Below, in pieces: positions 1 through 13,801 of a DNA stretch of 64,000 nt. Position numbers and translations under genes: made by a program. Within the stretch, counting starts at the first letter, position 1. Every line of letters starts with the position of its first letter. The notes below the pieces were generated by a model. That model was not told the origin of the DNA. It was given only the letters and a program-made list of their open reading frames with translations, and did not search any database. Source of the stretch: Styela clava (taxonomy: Eukaryota); the NCBI RefSeq assembly GCF_964204865.1, contig NC_135254.1, positions 7,688,001 through 7,752,000 on the forward strand, in the 5' to 3' direction.

Positions 1-1454
1 TGAACACATACTGAATTTAAAAAAAAATCCACCGTGCGGAAAGTAGAACGAACAGATGCAGATAAGTTTTATATTGTTTGAGAGACAATCTAGGAGACTA
101 ATTATGAGATGGAGATAAAATGTAGCGATTATCATACAAAAATCGGCAAAATTAAAAAGCGTGGATTTTTTTTTTGAAAAGCTTTTGAATTAAATAACAT
201 AAACTTCGATTTGTTCCTGTTTTAACCTAATATGACATCGACACATTTGCAGAGATTAAAATTAGTTTTATAAATTAGATAGAATTTATCGTGCACCAGT
301 AAAATTGTATAAGGTATTTCATTCAATGTTCTCCAATTTTTGACATGTCCACTACGCCAACTTGAGTTAAACAACAAACATGTACATTATAAGGTACAAA
401 ATTTAAAAACCAGCCGCCGCGACTGGTGTTGCAGCTCTTATCAACTTATTATTGGCAGGATATTTCGATTCTTTTGCGTCGGAAAATGTAAATATTTACT
501 AGGTGATCTAGCGACGCCATCATGTCTTCTACGTTCTCGTTGATAAAACTTAATTGTAATTTTATCGATATCCAACAGTGAAAAAGTAGCTTTGATGTTT
601 CCGGGGGAACCCTATAAAGACACAGGGTTCAAATTGTTTGTTTCTATGGAAAGTGTCAATCCCGATGAATGCCCACAATCGTTACTAACTCTTTTTAGGT
701 CTTACACACATGATAAATATTTGAAAATTGATAGTTTTATCCAATATTTATGCCACCCGTCCAAAAAAGCAATCATATTTTTGCGCGAAGCATAAACTAT
801 ATTTCGCACCAATATTAATGCCTTTCATAATATATGCTCGCCTGTTACTTTTCTGACAAAGTTGCTTGAAATATAATTTCCCATCTTGCCACAATATCGC
901 TTTTAAAACTTTGAAACGTTTTTTCAATTTAAGGTTGAATATTCACGCGAAAGAGGAGACAAATAAAATTATTGAAAAACGGTATGCTAGTAGACCTGCG
1001 GCAAGAGCTCAAGTCAAATAGATATATATATTATATTATTTATACACTCCAGATTATTAGATGTTCTTGTAAACTTGATATACGCCGTTATCCTTCATTC
1101 CATGCATGTGGTATGTAGTATACTTTTTTAATATTATTTTGGCAATGTACACCCTGTAGAAAATTTGCGATGCGCATATTTTAATATCATGACATGTACC
1201 GCAAAATAGTGTAAATTTATCGCATTTTGTTGCTCAGATTTAGAAGAGAAATTTGTTTAGTTGGTTTCGACTTAAATGGAGTATGCTCGTTGCAAGTTTG
1301 CACACTCACCTAATTAGAACTTAACTGATAATTATTTTAACAGATGACAGTAATTTAAATAATGTACAGTTTATTCGATGTCTAGTTTTTCTGAGGCCTC
1401 AACTCTATCTAACATACGTCTTGTTTTGCTGTAAACGTTGGAAAATGCAGCCAT

Positions 1455-2648
1455 ATGGAAATTCTCAATAAAAAGAAGCTCCACATTTGCGAATATTGTG
1501 GGAAGTCTTTTACAACAAAAAGCAATTCACGTATACATATACAAGAGGGCATACAGGAGAAAAACCATATGGATGTGACTTTTGTCAAAAATGTTTTACA
1601 TTGTTAGGTGAACTAACTATTCATGTGCGAAAACATACAGGAATGAAGCCATATGCATGCAAATCATGTGGGAAGTGTTTTACAAGTGCGGGGCATCTGA
1701 CCAGGCACCTTCGAAGCCACACTGGAATAAAACCATTCACTTGTGAGCATTGTGGAAAATGTTTCGGAGCGAGGGAAAATTTGAAAAGACATATTTTGAC
1801 CCACACTGCAGAAAAAAACTACACTTGTAAACAATGTGGAAAATGTTTCAAGACCTCCAGTGCATTAAAAGCTCACATGGAAATTCACACAGACATGAGA
1901 CCATACACATGTAAATATTGTGGAAAGTGTTTTAAGCAAAATTCGTGTTTGACTAAGCATACACGAATCCATGAGGGAATAAAACCATTCACTTGTAAAA
2001 TTTGTGCAAAATGTTTCTTAACTTTAAATCAATTGAAGATTCACGAGAGAATCCACACAGGGATGAAGCCATATGTATGTAAATTCTGTGGGAAACGTTT
2101 CACGATTGCCGCACATTTGATCAGGCACAACCGAATCCACACCGGTGAAAAACCATTTACTTGTGAACTTTGCGGGAAATGTTTCAAAGCGAGTGAGAAT
2201 TTGAAACGGCATATCTTGATTCACACTGGAGAAAAACCTCACTCTTGTAAACAGTGTGGAAAATGTTTCAAGACTTCAAGCGAATTAAAGGTCCACGTGC
2301 AAATCCACACAGAAATGAAACCGTATCCTTGTAAATATTGTGGGAAGTGTTTTAGTCTCCTAAAATATTTAACATATGCGAACACACCAAAAGGTGAAAC
2401 CGTTTCACTGTGAAGTTTGTGAAAAAGATTTTGCAACATCAAGTAAATTGATGAATCATAAGATAATTCATACAGGAATCAAATCACATTTATGTAAATT
2501 CTGTGGAAAAGGTTTTACCATGGTCGGAAATTTGAATCAGCATACCAGAATTCACACAGGGGATAAACCATTCAATTGTGGTGAACGATTTTCACGTAGT
2601 GGAAACCTAAAAAATCATATCCTAATTCACACCGGTGATAAAAAATAG
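1455..2648 (+). pseudogene. C2H2 zinc-finger array gene (~14 fingers), frameshifted; probable pseudogene or assembly-error-disrupted gene
   Basis: ATG 1455 opens MEILNKKKLHICEYCGKSFTTKSNSRIH. A 2-nt slip near 1538 moves into ORF 1487..2413 (nine complete fingers with HTGEKP-type linkers). A second shift near 2372 moves into ORF 2376..2648. The last finger lacks its second Cys (KPFNCGERF). Confidence 0.85.
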
Positions 2649-3841
2649 TCATTCACAAAATAATATTTGAGACTTCACGAATTCCCACAAGAAAACAAAT
2701 GATATCAATATCACAGAGTGGGCCTCCATTACCTGGCCATTTGAATTTCATTCAAATTTGACAGTATTTCAGTATGACAAATTGATTGTCACTGGTGTGG
2801 CAAACATTATTTGAATATTTTGAAGTGGGCCCCACTTAGCCAACAATATAATGCTATAAAACCTATGTATCCTATGAATGACTATGAATTTGATTAACGT
2901 TTTGCATTGAAATTTTAGACTCAAACGAAAATCCAATCCATAACTTGTGATTTGAAAACCTTAGGTAGAAAATATTTCAAAAATAAAATGTTGGTATATT
3001 ATTATGTGATATGTATTTTTTATTACCGCTAGATGGCGCAATTCGCTCTATTTTTTGACCATTTTTCAACTCTGTTGAAATGATTCTCTCTGTGGCCCGA
3101 CTTGCTATATAGTTTGTTACTGCTATAGTGTAATAATTTTTGAGGGAATTGACTATTACAATAATGCAGTGTTGTAATGATATAGGGTTAGTCTTATTTT
3201 TACTATTGTTATTCAAATTAATAATATTAATCCGAGTAAACCTGTTAGTTTAGATCTTCCTATAATTATAAACAGTCACTGGACATTATTAATATGGTGT
3301 GGCAGAATTTTTACTATCTTTTTGTACTCGTTCGTATATCTTTCTTTTTTTACTGAGTAATTAATTTTTTGTCTCGCTTTTCTCTCTCTTCCGATCTTAT
3401 CATTTCTGCGTGATTGTGTGTGTGTGCCTCAATTAGTTTTAATAATTTTAGCCTCAAACCTTACTTGAGGTTTTGTTTGCTCTCCCGATTTTATAATCTG
3501 TTTTATTTATTTTGTTTTTATCAACTATTTCAACGTCTATTATGCTGATTATGGAGTCGAAATATGCATGTATTTGCCTCAAAATGTAACAGTATCTGCA
3601 TAATAATAAACAGTGCAAAAGAGACGGGGCATGTTCAAGACTTTATTGGCCTGAGACACAGATGTAGTTAATTTAGATAAATAGACACAAACTATTTCTT
3701 AGTGACTAACCTGTTTAATTATCGCAGTGTGTCGTGTCGTAAAGTTTCAGATGTTATTGTATCGTGATTCACATTGTCTTGTTTAGTGTCTGAAGTTTCT
3801 GGGGATTGGCAAAGCCTACCGTTAATATTCACCGTCGTTTT

Positions 3842-4052
3842 GGTACTATTCTAGTATGTGGACCAGGTTAGGGTTAGGCCAAATTTTAATCCGATTTTTT
3901 TATTATTTTGATCATATTACCAATTCGGAACTGTCTGTGTTAGCCAAGTGAGTATACCCCCTACTCACGGATTTCCGGCCCTTTTACACAACTTGATGTA
4001 AAATGAACAAAATTATTTACTTGCATATTGGTACACTTAGTACTGGAGCGCC
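3842..4052. mobile_element. Palindromic TTAGGG-containing MITE-like repeat (family B variant)
   Basis: Shares AGTATGTGGACCAGGTTAGGGTTAGGCC and terminal GGAGCGCC with the copies at 10674, 13428, 15283, 29739 and 56079. Confidence 0.7.
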
Positions 4053-4992
4053 AGAATTTCAATATATTTTGGGGATAAACATACAGTATACTTTAACATT
4101 TGTAATATTCATTTAGGAAGGTTTAAAAGGTCCCGGTAAACTATATTAACTGTGCATATTTTAATACGCAAGTGAAGACGGAAAATACAGCAAATTGAAA
4201 AATATAGCGTCAGAAGTTATAGAAATGTGAATAAAGATTCACCAATGTCGCGAGTCAGAGGCGCGATTTATGTCCTATTCTTCGTATTTGTAAAATATAG
4301 GTGCAGAACTAAACGACCTCAGAATCTGATATTTATATTTATTTAGTGTTGACTTTGGCGTGGTATACTCATTCAAATACACATAAAAATTTAATAGTAT
4401 AATCAAGCATACAACCACGAAATATATATATATCACATTGGCACGTGATCTTACCAAATATAACTACGCAGTCCAAAAGGCCGAATGTTAACAGTCAACA
4501 AATGAAAAACGTTTCTTCTTCGTCTCGCCCTGAACATCGGCGGAAATATGGTAACAGCATCGCGATTATGAAGAAGTGCAATATTATTAAAATCGTGTCT
4601 AAGTATTGAACGCCCTTCTTGTCAGTGTCACTCAATACCGAATTATTTGAATGATGCTCAAAAACTCAATTACATTATTGAATCACGGCGAATTAAACAC
4701 ATTTTTCTTCCGACTGCTGATGTTACAGCAGTTGGCAGTTGATTCATTAACTAAAACCTGCAAACTCAGTTAATTCGCTTCGGATAATAATCTGAAGATT
4801 TTGCCAATTGAATTGAACCAGCACATTTGACAGTTATAAACGGAAATAAGAGTATTGTTTCCACAACCTATTTTGTCAACGCAAGATCATCTAGAAAAAT
4901 CTGAGCAAAGCCAAGGCCGAATAAATTTCTTTTAAACGGCTGAAACCAATGTCCTGAGCGAGGGTTGCGAGGTGCATTATCAAACCATACAG

Positions 4993-5436
4993 CAGGGGTC
5001 GGCAACCTACGGCCCGCGGAGTAACATAATCCGGCCCGCGACGCCTCACTGAATTATATCCATAAAACAGCTGTTTTGACGATTATATTTTTCACGTTAC
5101 ACAATCCATTGTGAGACGCGTGTAGACTAAATTATATTATAATCTAACAAGTATGAAATTCACAATTACTCGTTTAATGAGCCTATAATTTAATTATAAT
5201 TGGACAAATGGCAACAAAACGCAGAAAAGTTGAGGCTGAGTGCAAATGGTTCAATGGCGCCGAAAATGCAATGAGGAAATAAATCTATATTCTATTCGAG
5301 AGATGTATTACTGCTTCATTTTTATTATAAAAAGTATCATCCATTGGGTTTTAAACTGTCTAAAAATATGTGCGGCCCGCCAATGACTTGCAACCCTTAT
5401 TTTGGCCCGCGAGCGACAAAAGGTTGCCGATCCCTA
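4993..5436 (+). mobile_element. Non-autonomous hAT element (family A, Buster/SPIN-like deletion derivative)
   Basis: TIRs CAGGGGTCGGCAACCT / AGGTTGCCGATCCCTA; internal ATGGCAACAAAACGCAGAAAAGTTGA transposase N-terminal remnant; homologous to 20758, 46385 and 58334. Confidence 0.85.
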
Positions 5437-5444
5437 TATTAGAC

Positions 5445-5866
5445 CATAGGTTTTCAAAGTGAGGGAAATCTAGGGGCTGCGTGAGATACTCGTTCACTTA
5501 TTAAAATACTGATTTAACTAATTTTGGAACTGCCCAAAAAAACAAAAACGGCTTCAATACAATTTGACGGTAGCGTCTAAATGTGGCAACATGGCGGTTA
5601 TTAAAATACGACAATATCTATAACTTCCAATATATAACGCCATATTTTAATTAAAGTGTTTGCCAAGTGTATTTTTTTATATACAAAGCAGCAAATACAT
5701 GAATCGGAGTCACTAAATGAAGTAATTTTACATTACTCGGGAACTTTTTTATGTTGTTTTAATTTTTATAATTCATTCATGGGGGGGGGGGATTCAATGG
5801 GGGGCTCCGTACATAATAGTCAACTTCGTCACGGGCTCCATAACACCAAAAGTTTGAGAACTCCTG
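5445..5866. mobile_element. Degenerate hAT-type MITE
   Basis: Imperfect TIRs CATAGGTTTTCAAAGT / AGTTTGAGAACTCCTG, adjacent to the family A copy. Confidence 0.55.
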
Positions 5867-6072
5867 GTGGAGACATCTAATACGACAACAGCCCCTGTGT
5901 GGTATATGTTGCCCATACTATCTGATCATTGAAGCAAATATAAAACACTCAGACGTGTGGCGCAACGCCTGGGTTATGATTTTAAGTTGTACTCATAGGC
6001 CAGAATTCTAACCTGAGATCATTTCCACGATAAAATTTGACTCATTAGAATAATTAGTAGGAAGGTTAATCA

Positions 6073-6279
6073 GGATCTTTTGTACAAAGCCCCACCAACG
6101 CTTACAATAGGAGAGAGAATTAGTAATTATACTATTAAGGTTGGGAATGCGCCTGAAATTTAACTCATTCCTAACCCCAACTGGATAATTACTAATTTAA
6201 TATTTAAAAACATGGCGGGGATGTTTTTCTCAAATCTCACATTTTTGTATTAGTGGCGGAAGCTTTGTACAAAAGATCT
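6073..6279. mobile_element. MITE with 17-bp TIRs
   Basis: GATCTTTTGTACAAAGC / GCTTTGTACAAAAGATC inverted repeat; flanks GTTAATCA / GTAAATTA resemble a degenerate 8-bp TSD. Confidence 0.65.
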
Positions 6280-7162
6280 GTAAATTATTAAACTAAATCA
6301 ATATATTCTTGTATAATTTTAACGATATGCTGCGTGCCTTTTCTACGCGCCTTGGATTGTGTTTCTGTATATTACTAGTATTATTCTTTTTATATTACAA
6401 AATATAAATCCTAGGTAATATCCATATAGCTCTACCCAAATTGAGTCCCTCACAGTCTTTTTGACCAGGTTGCCTCACTATTTAAGCCGACTAATAAAAA
6501 TAAACTATGTTTTTATGCCAATTAGCATTATTGAGTTGCAATCAAATGAAATATTTCTAGGCGAAAACGATCTTTCAAAAGATATGAATATAAGTTTAAA
6601 ATTTTCTTTCAAATCATTTTGTAAGATGTGCAATAGTATACGTGTTTTTGTTTGCTATTGGGGTCGTCAAAGACCTAAGTATATTTACATAATACTAAGG
6701 GAACTAATTATTTAACTACTAATTATTTTTACTTATATTTACATAACTTCGAGAAATCGCTGTAAAACATCTTTGAATACATACGAATATCTTGACTCTA
6801 CATAAGCAAATAAAACACTCCTGCGCATATTCACAATTCATTCGAAATAAATCTAATTACAGTTGCATATCAGAGCTTCGTTACTTTCTCACAAGAGTCA
6901 GCGCCGACGCCACATAGAAGATTGCAATAATGAGTTAGAGAGCGAAGTTAGTGTATACGATTCATTTCTTTGTAGGGGCGTGCCAAACCTTTCTGCAGCA
7001 CAGGGCGAGTACTTCAAAAATAATTCGAGGGAAAAAACAAATTATATATTCTGTTATACGTGAAAATGAATAAATTGAAGATAAAGTAAGAGATGTTTGT
7101 ATTGCGGTGAATCACGCAATGACCAGACTATCACATTGGCGGGACAATCCTAATTTCACTAA

Positions 7163-7163
<1 letters not shown>

Positions 7164-7204
<41 letters not shown>

Positions 7205-7218
7205 TAACTTTTTTTTTT
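7164..7218. repeat. Poly-T tract
   Basis: Run of about 38 T followed by a second T run. Confidence 0.9.
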
Positions 7219-7424
7219 ACGGATCAGAGTTTTTCCAGTCTCGGATCAGTGTCATAAAGACACGTCATATCCGAGTCATATCGGTATTACGCTCCATAAG
7301 CATGCCACTGCGTAAGCAGCGGTCATATCGATAAGGCGGCTTCCGTATTCACTATGCATTGCGAGGCAAAGACTTCGGCCCCGGGCATCAGTACTTGAAC
7401 TGAATCGACACTTACTTACAGATC

Positions 7425-7708
7425 TTTAGATCGGTAAGTATGTTGATAGGTATTTGTCTGTTTGATGTACGCGATATCTCACGAAGGCGAGGTTGAATCC
7501 GCTCCAAATTTGGCATGCACATTCATTATATCTATCTCTTATATCTCATTCATTATATACCAGAAAAGCCTATTGATTTTGGATTATGTTGTATAATTAG
7601 CGAGTTATTATTTAATTAGTGATGGGACACGCGGTGTCACTATAGAGTCATGCATCGAAACCGCAGTTTCGATCGATAAGGCTTCTGTCTCCGACCGATA
7701 TTCTCGTA
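7425..7708 (-). mobile_element. Helentron/HINE-like interspersed repeat
   Basis: Near-identical to 11432..11708 (TCGGTAAGTATG...GATCGATAAG...CCGATATTCTCGT), with a GTCT microsatellite seed and terminal short hairpin. Confidence 0.6.
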
Positions 7709-8257
7709 TTTGTTTTGTGACATTTCCACGCATAAAAAAAGGCAAAATAGGACATCAATTTTTTTTTAATAATTGAATGCCCCGAAAACGAGACGATGGT
7801 ACATATTGGTCTTCGATATGAGTAATCGATAACATGAAAAACTATCGATGACATGATAAACTAAAAAACTATCACGTTTTTACGGACTGTCAAAAAATTT
7901 GCTGATGTGGGGTTATACGACTAAACGGATTTTAGGAAGTTTTGGGTTACCGTACAAAGCTCATTAAACAAATAAAAAACTCAATGTTTTTTAAGTCTAT
8001 TGTATTAAAAAAACGTAAAACTGCGGTTTGTTAATAAAACAATAGTACTAGTACTGGTTTTGAGTTTAGCCAATAGAGCATAAAGCACTACCTGATTGAT
8101 TCATTGGGAACACCTTCTTATAAGACGCACGATCAATTTTTGAGGGAAAAGGGATTTAAAGTGCTCCGTATGGCGCTTGTTCAGGTCAAATTCCAGCAGA
8201 CAAATGACCAAACTATATTTTTAAATACTAGATTTAAAGCTTACATATATCTTAAAA

Positions 8258-11200
8258 ATGAAATTTTTCGTCTGTACATTGCTGATTGCGAGTATCGCTG
8301 TTCTTGTGAGCAATCCAGTGGATTGTAATAGACAACGAATGATGACTTGCACAGTTGATGACGACGTTACTGATAGCGAAAACACCGGGCCTGCATCAAA
8401 TACTCTTCTTCAGGGGATTCCGGGGAAAAAGGCCCTAAAGGAGATTGGGGGCTGCCTGGGGTCAAGGGTAAACCAGGACTTGCTGGTGTAGTGGATTATG
8501 AAAAGATAAATGCTACTATCAAGTACATGATGAAATCGGGTGAGAGAGCCATGCTATTGATTATTTGTTAGAATTATCAAGAGATTGGATATGCCATTAA
8601 TTCTTCTATAAGAACTTCAAGAAAGCACTTTATTCGATTGCATATTATTTTCGTTATTGGTGCAGTTTACATTTTGGGGTTTTCCATAATGAAGCACGAT
8701 GAAATGCTACTATGAAAATCGTGTTTTGTCGTTCCCAATCAAATATAACCAATAACATTTCAATTTTTTTTTACCAATGTCTTTGGATAATTCATTCGTG
8801 AAAATAAAAAAAAGATGGGCAAGTTCTATTTTCAGTCGTCATCGCAAACAAAGAATCTTTGAGCCCACGAAATTTAATCTTTAACCACTGAAATTTTAGC
8901 GAGCAATTATTCCAGCTATTAACGATAAAAGCGTTTTCCTACAACAAGGATGAGAAAATGATTTCTAACAACAACAACATAATAACAACAAACCGATCCG
9001 TGCCCAATAACCATGAAATCTCATATATAATCCTCCATTTTTAGTTGAAACCGATTTGACTGAGAAAATAGAGAGACAAGAAAGAAGGAAATTCAAGAAG
9101 GTGATTATTTCTTGGTAATATCAATAAATTAAATTTTTTATCATGGGTTGTTTGTGCTTTATAATTTATATATTGATGTGCGAAATATATTATAATTTAA
9201 AACGAATAGGCTTTAAAAAAGAAAGTCTTGTTTGAAACGACATTTTAAATTATAAATGTACCATAATGGTCCTACCAATAGTCTATATTTCTGATATCCG
9301 TATGTTATTCGAAAAATGTGTTTTGCACAAAATTCTCATACGTAATAGGACACGAGAATTAAGTATTTCATTATAAAAGCTTGTACTGTGCGTTAAGATG
9401 ACAAGCGGATGTTACAACAAAATAACTGTTTTCAGTAATCAGACTGACAAGCCGCTAGGCGCTCATTATCTCTGCTGAATGCACGAGGCGGTCCGCATTT
9501 CAGTTAACTACCGTTAACATCCGTGCAAAATTTCACATATCAAAACTGCCAGTTTATTTTGAGCGCTGCGCGTGTAGTAGGTGGGTTACACTTCGGCTAA
9601 TAATTAATCATGTTCATTAAATCCCTATAGCTTTCCCAGTTTATGTATCCATAACATGGAAAATGACTTATTCGAATGAGTATTTGCTTCTACGGCGGGT
9701 AGCGATCTCGGAACTTCAAATTTTAATAGAGTTTACGAGATAATGGCGACAAATTCTGAGAAAAAACAACGATTGGCGCGTTTTTTCGTTGATACATTTT
9801 CGACTGTTTTCAACCAAATATCAGGAAACGTAAAACCAAAACCTACATATTGGCCACCTTTCTTGGTGTTACAATTGAGCCACGTACGGCAACAATTGGC
9901 GAACAATTCTCCCGCCGTACAATATGGTTATTTTTCGAAATGAAACGTGCCATATATTACGGACCATACCCAAGGATCACTTTGAATCATTTTTCCATCA
10001 AATACCCTAAATTATTTTTTTTCTGTAAAAAATCGATCGCGTACCTTATAAGCCCGTGCGCCTACTGTATCGATGATGTAGTTAGTGCTTTATTGTCTAC
10101 ATTTTGAGCGGTAACGAATACGCTTTTTTGAACCGTTGTGTGTTATAGCCCGGCGCGCCTCATTGAGTAATTTATTGACGGCTCGTCTCTAACCAGGTGC
10201 GTATTATGGTAAAATAAGGCTAAGTAAAATAAGGTGAATGAATTCATTTCATATTTCTCCCTAAATAAAAATTAAATATCAGTCACATAGTTGCCTTGAA
10301 TTAAAGTTATCACGAACTGTGGTTTATTTCAGCAATGGAGAAACACCGAGCAGAAACAAACGAGACAATAAATAAATTGCTAGCAAGAATAGAAACATTG
10401 GAGGAACATAAAACCATATCTGCTCCATCAACACTGTTTCCGCCTCCTGGGATTGCTGAACAAGGTTTGTCACATTAACCATTTCTATTTAGTGGACTTT
10501 ATAGCTGACCAAGAACCCCGTATAGGTTGGGCCATTCAAATGGCGATTGGAACATCATATCCCGATTCAATGTATTTGAAATAACGTTTTGAAACATCGA
10601 ATCTCTTTTACTATAGCGCTAGACAACCATGTAGATGGATTACATGACATTGAAAAGCTAAACAAAAATGTTTCGTACTCCTGTAGTATGTGAACCAAGA
10701 TGTCGGCCACCGGAACGTAGTGTGTATGCCAGGTTAAGGCTAGGCCATAATTTCAGGTACAAATACTACATGAGTCACTTGGCTAGTCCCCGAACTCCTA
10801 TTATAACTAAAATAAGGAAAATTGGAATAAAATTATGTCCTAACCTGGTACGTATACTACTTTTCGGTGTCCGCCATCTTGATTCACATACTACGGAAGC
10901 GCCAAAAGTTCCTATTTTTCTGACGCTGATATTGCATTGCTCCGGTGCATTGGGTTTCAAGTGGATTAAACGAACGTGTGTGTTCGATTTTAATTTGTTA
11001 ACAGATATATAACGTCTTAAGTTCGGTTCCATTACATTTGAACACACGTACATTTGAACCCATGACAATTGCACCTGCATACTATTGCACCTATGGAAAT
11101 TTTTTTGTTGTACGGATAGTTGAACCCATACTAACCCTAACCCATGGGTTTCAGCACCCGCATATTGATTGAACCCGCGGATATAGACATGGGTTCAAAT

Positions 11201-12962
11201 GTACGTGGGTTCAAATGTACGGTCACCCTTAAGTTCGAACAAGACTACTACAGTACTATCTACTCACACGTGCTTTTTATTTTTGGAATCTAAATGCTTA
11301 CATGTAAATCCGACGCCGTATGCACAAGGCTGTAAACGTTGGTAGTATAAGTAGAAGTATAATAATTAATATAATAATATAACAAATTCAGATGAATTCC
11401 TATGATTTCACAATAGCTTATTACTTATCGATTTTAATCGGTAAGTATGATGATAGATATTTGTCTGTCTGTTAGATGCACGCGATATCTCACGAAAGCG
11501 AGATTGAATCTGCTCCAGATTTTGCATGTGCATTCATCATATGTCGGACCAGAAGCCTATTGATTGGATGAATTATGTCGTATAATTAGCGAGTTATTAA
11601 TTAGTTAGTGATGAGACACAAGGTGTCACTATGGAGTAGGAGCGCTTTTTTGGGGGATCCCCTGACTTTCGATCGATAAGTCTTCGGTCTCTGACCGATA
11701 TTCTCGTTATTTGAATTGCAGATATTGTGCGATATGACGGGAAAATATTCATACCGTTGGCATCTGAAAAGATTCGTAAAGCATCAGCGATCACCAAATG
11801 TCAAAAATTAGGTGGGGAATTGGCAAATATATTCGATCAGAATCACATGAACAAGATAATGACGTTCATTCGTGACAACAAGATGAACGGGCAAGAATAT
11901 AAAGTATTTTGGCTCGGCATGACGTATGATCCTATTGTAAGTTATATATTTTAGTTACAATATCAAATATAAAGCAATATACAGGGTGCCCCCAAAGTCC
12001 CTTTATAATTTCAATTTTGTTGTGAAGTCAATTCTCAATATTCTTTAACCAGGTTTGTTGTTTTCCAGTAATTGTCTAAATATTTTTACTTCATTTAATA
12101 CATCTGTGAGGGCCAAAACAATATATGGTATCGATAACATCCCTTTGCAAATTTAAATTTTTTTAATACTTTTTGGACACCCGATAGAATGATATTGAAA
12201 GTTAATTTGTGTGATTTGCTAGCCTGCAATCAATTTTACCACTTAGACGTAAGGCAATAAGTTGAAACGCTCGTTGCCCTTCAAGATCGGAGAATATTAT
12301 TTAATTTGAAGTGACCTTGTTTGAGTTGGCGGGCAACCTGGTTAAGCAGGATCCGAACACGAACTTCATAACTTTTGAGTATGCCTACCGTTTTCACGAA
12401 CCATATGGCGCACTTAAAAATCTTTTTTCCAATAAAAATCGACTGTGCGCATTATAACCCGGTGCGCCTAATGTGTGGATCAGGTAGTGCTTTATTGCAT
12501 AAACTCAAAACCAGTGCCGGTACTATTGTTCTGTAAACAAATTATCATTTACCTTTTCTTTGAATAAAATACAATACCCATAAAAAATATTGAGTTTCTG
12601 GTTTAATAAGCTCCGTACGGCAATTTATTAATGGTGTGCCTTATAACCCTATGGTCGTGTAATACAGTATGTTCATATTGTACTGTTTATTAAACACTTC
12701 ATATTAATTCATTTTTTAGAATCAGATTCTTCGTTTCCGCAATGGAACTGTGATATCACAAAGTGGTTTCAAATGGCACAGAGGATTTCCACTCAACGGG
12801 TACGGTTATTCTTCCTTCACAAACATGTGCATCAGAATTACTGAAAATTCAGCAATGCCACATCAATACATTTACAACCATTCTGATTATGATAGATACG
12901 CCCTATGTGAAATTTACAGGCTTGTCCATGGGACTTCTTTTCCATCCCGTTCCATTCCATAA
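8258..12962 (+). CDS. Collectin-like protein copy 1 (signal peptide, short collagen, neck, divergent CTLD); exons 8258-8539, 9045-9100 (tentative), 10333-10464, 11722-11936, 12720-12962; 1-nt lesions
   Basis: Signal peptide MKFFVCTLLIASIAVLVSNPVDC. Collagen GPKGDWGLPGVKGKPGLAG after a 1-nt deletion at ~8425. GT-AG exons with phases matching copy 3. Neck AMEKHRAETNETINKLLARIETLEE. CTLD hallmarks A..KCQKLGGELANI, FWLGM, KW...P and ALCEI. Confidence 0.8.
10674..10903. mobile_element. Family B palindromic MITE-like repeat (intronic)
   Basis: Long imperfect inverted arms GTAGTATGTGAACCAAGATG... / ...CATCTTGATTCACATACTAC. Confidence 0.8.
11025..11227. mobile_element. Mutator(MULE)-like MITE with 9-bp TSD
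   Basis: About 40-bp TIRs built of TACATTTGAACCCA tandem units; exact 9-bp direct repeat CTTAAGTTC at 11016-11024 and 11228-11236; central CTAACCCTAACCC. Confidence 0.8.
11432..11708 (-). mobile_element. Helentron/HINE-like interspersed repeat
   Basis: Homologous to 7425..7708; ends in the hairpin TCGGTCTCTGACCGA just upstream of the exon acceptor. Confidence 0.6.
11982..12184. mobile_element. Tc1/mariner-type MITE
   Basis: TA|CAGGGTGCCCCCAAAGT ... ACTTTTTGGACACCCG(A)|TA termini. Confidence 0.6.
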
Positions 12963-13801
12963 AAATTAATTTTTATTCCATCTCATCCCATTGAAATACA
13001 ATTCAATAATAATTATGAAATTATTTAGGTTGAGTAGCTACTAATAAATAAGACTACATTTACAAAGAGAAATGCAAAACGACAAAATTTAGTCGCTTTG
13101 TTAATTTTAAATTTCAGAAATATTGTTCACGTAATCCAGTATTATACTGGCACTAATATTCTATTTCCTAGTCAGTCTGCTAATTCAACAAATCAACAAT
13201 TTCCAGTTTATCGATTGTTTCTAATAATTCAATTAATTCGAGTAATTCCTGAACCATTGTCCTAACTATCATGTTACAGCCTCCGATGACACTGGCCAAA
13301 GTAATTTTCGCACCAGCTTTTAGCAATGGAACTCTGTGTTCATTTTCCAATAATGTAATGCTTGTAAATTGGTTGCCATAATTTTCGAAATATGAAACAA
13401 AATAAATAATAGATATAAAGAAAAAAGGGGGCTCCCGAAGTATGCGAACCAAGATGGCGGACATCGGAATGTAATATGTGTACTAGGTTAGGGTTAGGCC
13501 ATAATTTTAGGTATAAATACTACGGGAGGCTCTTGGCTAGTCTTCGAACTGATAATAGGACTAAAATAAGGAAAATTGGAAAGAAAAAATTGCCTAACCC
13601 TAACCTGTTACCCATGTTACGTTCCGATGTCCGCCATCTTGGTTCGCATACTTCGGGAGCACCGAAAAAAGAATAGTAAAAAACATTTAAGATGCAAAAA
13701 GTAAAAACATCGAGGTGAGCTTTGACAATTTTCTATGTCATGGCTACTGTCCCATAGAAAATACAAATGTGTGCTATCCCCCATCTCTCAGACAAACCCT
13801 G
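12917..13801. mobile_element. hAT-type MITE inserted in the stop codon of lectin copy 1
   Basis: TIRs CAGGCTTGTC / GACAAACCCTG; 8-bp TSD GAAATTTA (12909-16) / GAATTTTA (13802-09); after the element the sequence resumes as the paralog 3' UTR (AACTTTTCATCCAAC). Confidence 0.8.
13428..13663. mobile_element. Family B palindromic repeat nested in the hAT MITE
   Basis: GCTCCCGAAGTATGCGAACCAAGATGGCGGACATCGGAA and its near-perfect reverse complement; GTTAGGGTTAGG / CCTAACCCTAAC. Confidence 0.85.

Noticed and set aside
13488-13606. Interstitial telomere from TTAGGG / CCCTAA motifs
   Set aside because: Only about two units per arm, always inside family B or other MITEs.
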